Shown here one piece after another: positions 54,918-64,000 of a DNA stretch of 64,000 nt. The stretch covers positions 352,001 to 416,000 of the forward strand of contig CAVZLN010000006.1 of the NCBI GenBank assembly GCA_963776245.1, given 5' to 3'. The first letter of the stretch is position 1. Each line of letters opens with the position of its first letter. This DNA comes from Candidatus Eiseniibacteriota bacterium (GTDB lineage Bacteria; Eisenbacteria; RBG-16-71-46). Below the pieces are notes generated by a model, which did not search any database, had not been told where the DNA came from, and saw only the letters and a list, made by a program, of their open reading frames with translations. The position numbers and the translations under genes were made by a program.

Positions 54918-57543
54918 TCAGTCCTGGGGCTTCATCAGTTCCCGGAACGGCGGGTAGCCCCATACCGGCTCGAGGTCCATATCGCGGTGCGGGCCCCGTC
55001 CGATCCCCCTGCCCTCGGCGAACGATCGCCGGAGCAGATCGACGGCGAGGCGCTGCTCGCCCAGCAGCGCGGCGATGCAGGCACGGCGATAGGTGTGCGT
55101 CCCGAAGAGATAGGCGCCGTTCATCGCGCCCAGTCCGTCCGCGATGCGCACCGCCTCTTCGCGCCGGCCCAGGCGGGCGGCGAGGCAGCCCAGCTGCCCG
55201 AGGTACTCGGGATCCCCGGGCTCGTGCCCGGCCAGCGTCCGACACGCCACGTAGGCCTCGTCCCAGCGCTCCGCCCGGCAGAGCGCCTGGACCAGGCCGG
55301 GCAGGCTCTGAGCCGAGTCGGGTTGCTGACCCAGGCGCTCGCGGTACCACGTCACCGCCCGCCCTCCGAGGGAGACCGAAGCGGCGTGGTGGCCATGCGC
55401 GCGCAATTCGGCGGCGACCTCGAGCATCATGTCGCCCGGGGTGCCGAGGGTGGACACCGCGGCCAGGCGCTCGTCGAGGAGCCGGTCGAGCGGCGCGCTG
55501 CGGCCGAGCGCGGCGAGCGCATCGCCCTCCATGGTCCACAGACCCGACTGATCCGGGTGCGCGACCCGCGCGCGGTGCGCCTCGTTCAGTTCCCGCTGGT
55601 GCTGACCCAGCACGTGCAGGGCCCCGCAGAGGTTGATCATCCAAGTGGCGCCGAGCGCGTGGTCCGGATAGGGCCGCGGACCGAACCGGTCGAAAGCGTC
55701 CAGCACCTCGTGCGGCCGATTGCACAGCGTGGCCATGTAGCCGAACCACAGGGTCACCATCGGATCCCGCGGAGCGATGCCCAGCGCGCCGCGGGTGTGC
55801 TGGAGCGCGTCCTCGTATCGATGGGACGCGTAGGCGAGCATGATGTCGAGCCAGCGCCGCCCGAACGGCGGGAGCTGCTCGCGCCTCGCGGTCAGGGTGC
55901 GCAGGATCGCCGCCACGCGGGCGTGGTCCCCGGCCTGGTCGCGCAGGTAGGCCTCGTAGAAGAGCGGGGCCAGGAACTCGGGGTCGAGCTCGACGGCCCG
56001 CTCGAAGTGCCGCAGCGCCTCCGCGTCGTCGGTCTGGAACAGCTCGAAGCCGGCGATGAACTCGCGGTACGCGTCATAGAGCGGCGGACGCTGCTGGATC
56101 CCCATCTCGTGGACGGCCTCGAAGGTCGCGGCCACCGCGCCCATCACGCGCTGTCGCAGCGCGTCGATGGGTTCGAGCGGGGCGCCGCGGACGCCGCTCA
56201 CCGGGTCGAGCGCCTGGATCAGCCGCCGGTGCGCGGCGTCGGTGACGCGGGCCTGGAACCGCAGCGTGTCGCCCTGCAGGTAGTAGGCGCCCGAGACCAC
56301 GGTGCCCGCGGTGGTCTCCTTCGCCAGCCTCTCGATCGGGTCCCCGCCCTGCCGCTCGCTTCCGCCGGAAGGCTGCGCGTACAGCACGGACGTGCTCGGG
56401 ACCACCTCCAGCCCGGCGATCCGCGAGAGCCCCTGGGTGATCCAGTCGGACGCCATGCGCCCGAGCGGGTCGAGCGCCGGATCGCCGGTCTGGTTCTCGA
56501 AGACGGCCACCACGATGCGGCGTGCCCGTGGGCCCTGGGCGGGCCCATCGGGCCGGCTGCGCCACCACCCGAACGCGAGCGTGACCCCGACCAGCACGGA
56601 CGCGGCGGCCACGAGCGGGCGGAGCGCGGCGCCGCGGCGCTTCGCCGGCACGGACCGAGCGCCCGCGAGCGCCGGGGCCACCCAGCATCGCGCGGCTCTC
56701 CGACTCGAGATCGAACGCCAGGTCCCGTGCCGACTGGAATCGTTCCTCGGGGTCCTTCTCCAGGCAGTGCCGCACGATCTCCACCACTCCGGGCGGGATG
56801 TCCCGACCGCTGGCCGAGAGCGGCGCCGGCTCCTCATGGAGGATCGAGTTCAGCGTCTCGACATACGAGGCGCCGCGGAACGCGCGGGTGCCCGCCAGCA
56901 TCTCGTAGAAAATGGTGCCGAGCGCGAACAGGTCCGAGCGCGGGTCGGCCGCCCTGCCCCCGCACCTGTTCCGGCGCCATGTAGCCCGGCGTCCCGAGCA
57001 GCGCGCCCGGTCACCGTGGCGGCGCCCGAGAGCGGGGTCTCTCCCGCCGGCGCGAGCACCTCCGGACGCGTGAGCTTGGCGAGGCCGAAGTCGAGCACCT
57101 TCACCCGCCCGTCGCGGGTCACGAACAGGTTCTCGGGCTTGAGATCGCGGTGGACGATCCCCTTCTCGTGCGCGGCGGCCAGCCCGCGGGTCGCCTGGAT
57201 GGCCCAGTCGACGGCCTTCGGCACCGGGACCGGCGCCGGCGGCGAGCCGCCCGCGCAGGGTCTCGCCCTCGAGCAGTTCCATGACCACGAACGGAGCGCC
57301 CTCGTGGATGCCCACGTCGTGGATGACGCACACGTTGGGGTGGCTCAGCGCCCCGGCGGCGCGCGCCTCCTGCTCGAACCGACGGATGCGCTCGGGGTCG
57401 CGGGAAAGCCCGCTCGGGATGACCTTGATCGCGACGTCGCGGCCGAGCCGGCGGTCGTGCGCGCGGAACACCTCTCCCATCCCGCCCGCCCCGAGGGGGG
57501 CGAGGATCGTATAGGGTCCGAGCGACGTACCGGCGGCGAGCAT
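54918..57543 (-). CDS. Ser/Thr kinase + TM + TolB-N/CsgG-like domain + TPR-like region (several frameshifts at about 56690-57240)
   Basis: [11 protein letters not shown] at 57543, [37 protein letters not shown]; then [16 protein letters not shown] and helical repeats ending [16 protein letters not shown]. Confidence 0.85.
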
Positions 57544-57548
57544 GCGGG

Positions 57549-58283
57549 TCAGTGGTCCGCGGGCGCGCTGCCGCCCTCGGACGGCTTCCGTCCCGACCGC
57601 GCCCGTGGCATGTCGTAGGTCAGTCCGAACGTGACCAGGAAGAGCGTCCCGCCGAACTCGAGGTCGGTGCCGGTGAGGGTCTCGAAGTTCTCGGAGAGCC
57701 ACATGCGCTTGACCGCGAGACCGATGAACGCCTGTTCGGAGAGCAGCGCGTCGATCCCGAGTCCCACCACGGGCGATGGACCGACCTCGCTGCGCTTCTC
57801 CTCGACCGGGATGAGGAACAGCACGGTCCCGGAGGCCTTCACCTGGCTCCTGAAGATCCCGAGGCCCAGATCGACGTAGGGCCGGAACCGTTTCATCGGC
57901 GCCATCACGTGCAGCGAGAACACGCCTCCGCTGACGCCCACGTTGCGGGTGGTCCCGTAGTCCGTCAGGAAAGGCGAGTCCACGGGCGGACCCGAGTAGC
58001 TCGCGCTCTCGGCGAGCAGCCCCAGCGCCACCGCGAGTCGCGGGCTCGACTGGTAGCCCGCCTCGATCCCCAGCCCGAGGCCGAGGCCCTGGTTGCGGAG
58101 CACGCCGTTCTCCGGGGCGCTCGCGGGGCCCACCTAGAGCGCCCAGTAGCGCCGCGGCCGGGCGGGCTCGGCGGCGCCCGCCCGCACCGCGGGGCACGTC
58201 ATCCCGAGGACGCACAGCGCGAGGACCGCCACGGATGCGGTCCGGACGCACGGATCAGGGCGGTCGTGGGAACTGGAGTGCAT
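57549..58283 (-). pseudogene. Outer-membrane beta-barrel protein interrupted by an in-frame TAG at 58134-58136
   Basis: ORFs 58134..58436 and 57549..58133 share one frame: signal-like region ...RRYWAL*VGPASAP... then beta-strands (RPYVDLGLG, GLGID, LVTFGLTY). Confidence 0.65.
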
Positions 58284-58491
58284 GCGGTCGCTCCCCGGGT
58301 CGGCGGCTTCCCGGACCGGGTCCCGCGTCGATCCCGTCCGGTTCGGACTCTGGCGAGCGGGCCTGCGGGCGAGCCGGCGGACGACTGCCATCGTCTCCTC
58401 GGCGGCCGATCCGGTGACCGCTCGGCGGACACCCACCGGATGCCCGGCAGGCTAGAACGGGGCCCCCCGCCACACCAGCGATTTCTCCCGT

Positions 58492-58992
58492 TCAGCCGCG
58501 CGCGCGCCGCAGCGCGTGGAGCATCCGGTCCAGCGCCTGCAGGAAGCGCGAGCGGTCCCGGGGATCGAACGGAGCGGGCCCGCCCGGTCCCAGCCCGGCG
58601 CTCCGGAGCTCCGCGAGCAGGTCGCGCGTCGCCAGGGCCTCACCGATGTTCGACTCGGTGAACGGCCGGCCGGATGGCCCGAGGACGCTCGCGCCGCGTT
58701 CGAGGCACCGGGCCGCGAGCGGGATGTCCGCCGTGACCACCATGTCGCCCCGCCCGGCGCGCGCGACGATCCAGTCGTCCGCGCTGTCGAAGCCGCGGTC
58801 CACGACTTCGAGGACGTGGTCCGGGCCGGCCGGGATCCGCATCCACGAGCCCGCCACGAGCGTCACGCCGAGGCCGTGGCGCTGCGCGACGCGGCACACC
58901 TCCAGCTTCACGGGACACGCGTCGGCGTCCACGTAGATGCGCGGGGGCAAGCGCTCCGGGCGCCCGCCGCCCGCGGCCGTCCCCGGGGTCAC
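58492..58992 (-). CDS. yaiI: YaiI/YqxD (DUF188) family protein
   Basis: IYVDADACPVK, SADDWIV, VTADIPLA, GGPAPFDPRDRSRFLQALD. Confidence 0.92.
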   Translation of the reverse strand: MTPGTAAGGGRPERLPPRIYVDADACPVKLEVCRVAQRHGLGVTLVAGSWMRIPAGPDHVLEVVDRGFDSADDWIVARAGRGDMVVTADIPLAARCLERGASVLGPSGRPFTESNIGEALATRDLLAELRSAGLGPGGPAPFDPRDRSRFLQALDRMLHALRRARG

Positions 58993-60152
58993 GCGCCCTC
59001 CCACCCCGCGCGCGTGGCGCCGGCCACGTCCGCGCCGGGTGGTGGCGCCGCCCCGAGCGCGCGGGCGCACTGCTCGAGCGCGAGCGCCACCGCGAGCATG
59101 TCGTCCCGCTGGTAGCCGCCCATGTGGCCGACGCGCACGATGCGGCCCCGGAGCCGGTCCTGCCCTCCCGCCACCACCATGCCGTGGGCCTCGCGCAGGC
59201 ATCGCACCACCGCGCGGGCGTCCACGCCGGCGGGCGGCACCAGCGCGGTGACGGCGTGCGAGGGCGCCGCGGAGAAGAGCGCGTACCCGGCGGCGCACGC
59301 CCCCGCGCGCAGCGCGTGCGCGAGGCGCCGATGGCGCGCGTGCACCGCCTCGAGGCCCTCCTCGCGGATCATCGCGAGCGCCTCGTCGAGCGCGAGCACC
59401 AGGTTCACCGCGGGCGTGAAGGCGGTCTCGCCGTCCGCGAGGGCCCGGCGCGCCTGACGCAGGTCGAAGTAGAAGCGCGGCAGGCGCACGCCATCGATCG
59501 CGTCCGCGGCCCACGGAGCCAGGCTCAGCGTGGCGAGACCGGGGGGGAGCATCAGTCCCTTCTGGGAGCCGCACACCACCACGTCCACGCCCCACGCGTC
59601 CTGCGCCAGCGGATGCACGCCCACACTGGTGATGGCGTCCACGACCAGGCGCCGGCCGCGCGCGCGTGTGACGCGCGCGAAGCCCTCGATGTCGAACAGC
59701 GCGCCGGTCGAGGTCTCGCTGTGGGTCGCGAACACGGTGGTGATCCCGGGCTCGGCATCGAGCCGCTCCGCCAGCGCCGCGGGCAGGACCACGCTCCCCC
59801 ATTCGCATTCCAGCGTCCGGTGGGGCACCGCGTGGGCCTCGAGCAGGCCGGCCCAGCGCTCGCCGAACCGGCCGCCCACGACCGCGAGCGCGCGTTCCCC
59901 GGGCGCGAGCAGGTTGACCACCGCGGCCTCCATCGCGCCGGTGCCCGAAGCGGCGAGGAGGAACACCTCGCCCGCGGTCCCATGGAGCGCCCGCAGTCCG
60001 TCGGTCACCCGCCGCACCGTGGCCCGGAATCCCTCGGTGCGATGGTGGGGCTGCGGCTGCGACAGCGCGCGCAGGATGCGAGCCGGGATCTCGACCGGGC
60101 CGGGGGTGAACAGCCGCGGGCGGGTCGCGGCGCGGCCGGCGGGGCTCGTCAC
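58989..60152 (-). CDS. Class V PLP aminotransferase (alanine/serine-glyoxylate or phosphoserine aminotransferase-like)
   Basis: LFTPGP, HHRT, SGTGAMEA, HSETSTG, VDAITS, GSQKGLMLPPG, FTPAV, AGGQ, RVGHMG. Confidence 0.92.
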   Translation of the reverse strand: MTSPAGRAATRPRLFTPGPVEIPARILRALSQPQPHHRTEGFRATVRRVTDGLRALHGTAGEVFLLAASGTGAMEAAVVNLLAPGERALAVVGGRFGERWAGLLEAHAVPHRTLECEWGSVVLPAALAERLDAEPGITTVFATHSETSTGALFDIEGFARVTRARGRRLVVDAITSVGVHPLAQDAWGVDVVVCGSQKGLMLPPGLATLSLAPWAADAIDGVRLPRFYFDLRQARRALADGETAFTPAVNLVLALDEALAMIREEGLEAVHARHRRLAHALRAGACAAGYALFSAAPSHAVTALVPPAGVDARAVVRCLREAHGMVVAGGQDRLRGRIVRVGHMGGYQRDDMLAVALALEQCARALGAAPPPGADVAGATRAGWEGA

Positions 60153-60177
60153 CTCGGTCCTCCTCGGCGGCCGGATG

Positions 60178-62741
<2,564 letters not shown>

Positions 62742-62923
62742 GATGGGCTCCTTCGTCGATCGGGGACGGGGAGCGTCCCCGACCGTGTCTGTCGGATGCG
62801 CGAAGAACCTAGCAGACCCGGCAAGCCAGCCGGCCGGGACCCGCGCGGCGGTGTCGCGGCGATCTCCAGCGGGCCATCACCGCGCGGGGGCGCGCAGTGG
62901 AGCGGGGTCCTCGGACCCCTCGC

Positions 62924-64000
<1,077 letters not shown>

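Overview
Very GC-rich bacterial chromosomal segment, almost all coded on the minus strand. Gene style suggests an FCB-related lineage such as Ca. Eisenbacteria (inference from the fused ccoNO, the FlgD-Ig/T9SS-like C-terminal domain and the kinase/TolB-propeller family; not proven). Reading right to left: clpX, lon, a class-V aminotransferase, yaiI, an OMP gene with an in-frame TAG, a Ser/Thr kinase with a TPR-like region, and a secreted 830-aa protein with three 10-Cys repeats. Next come serA (the only well-supported plus-strand gene), a complete cbb3 oxidase operon (ccoNO-Q-P-G-H-DsbD_2-I-S), a GT-C-like membrane protein and purA. Then three ATGA-coupled kinase/beta-propeller paralogs, tRNA-Lys(UUU), an orphan zf-HC2 anti-sigma-like protein, a divergent ychF, an OMP and a GT4. 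An FMN riboswitch heads ribD-E-BA-H-nusB, which runs with no gap over 31 bp into a ~22 kb glycosylation locus. That locus holds a DUF2723/TMEM260-like transferase, YfhO and another GT-C, two polyprenol-P-sugar synthases, two flippase-like proteins, HddA/HddC, an epimerase and an AsnB-type amidotransferase, and ends at a secreted PorZ-like propeller gene cut by the window edge. Many conserved genes carry single-base frameshifts, most likely long-read errors. Best candidate for an undescribed system: the lipid-P-sugar-dependent, TMEM260-like glycosylation locus, possibly acting on or anchoring CTD-bearing proteins such as the Cys-repeat protein.
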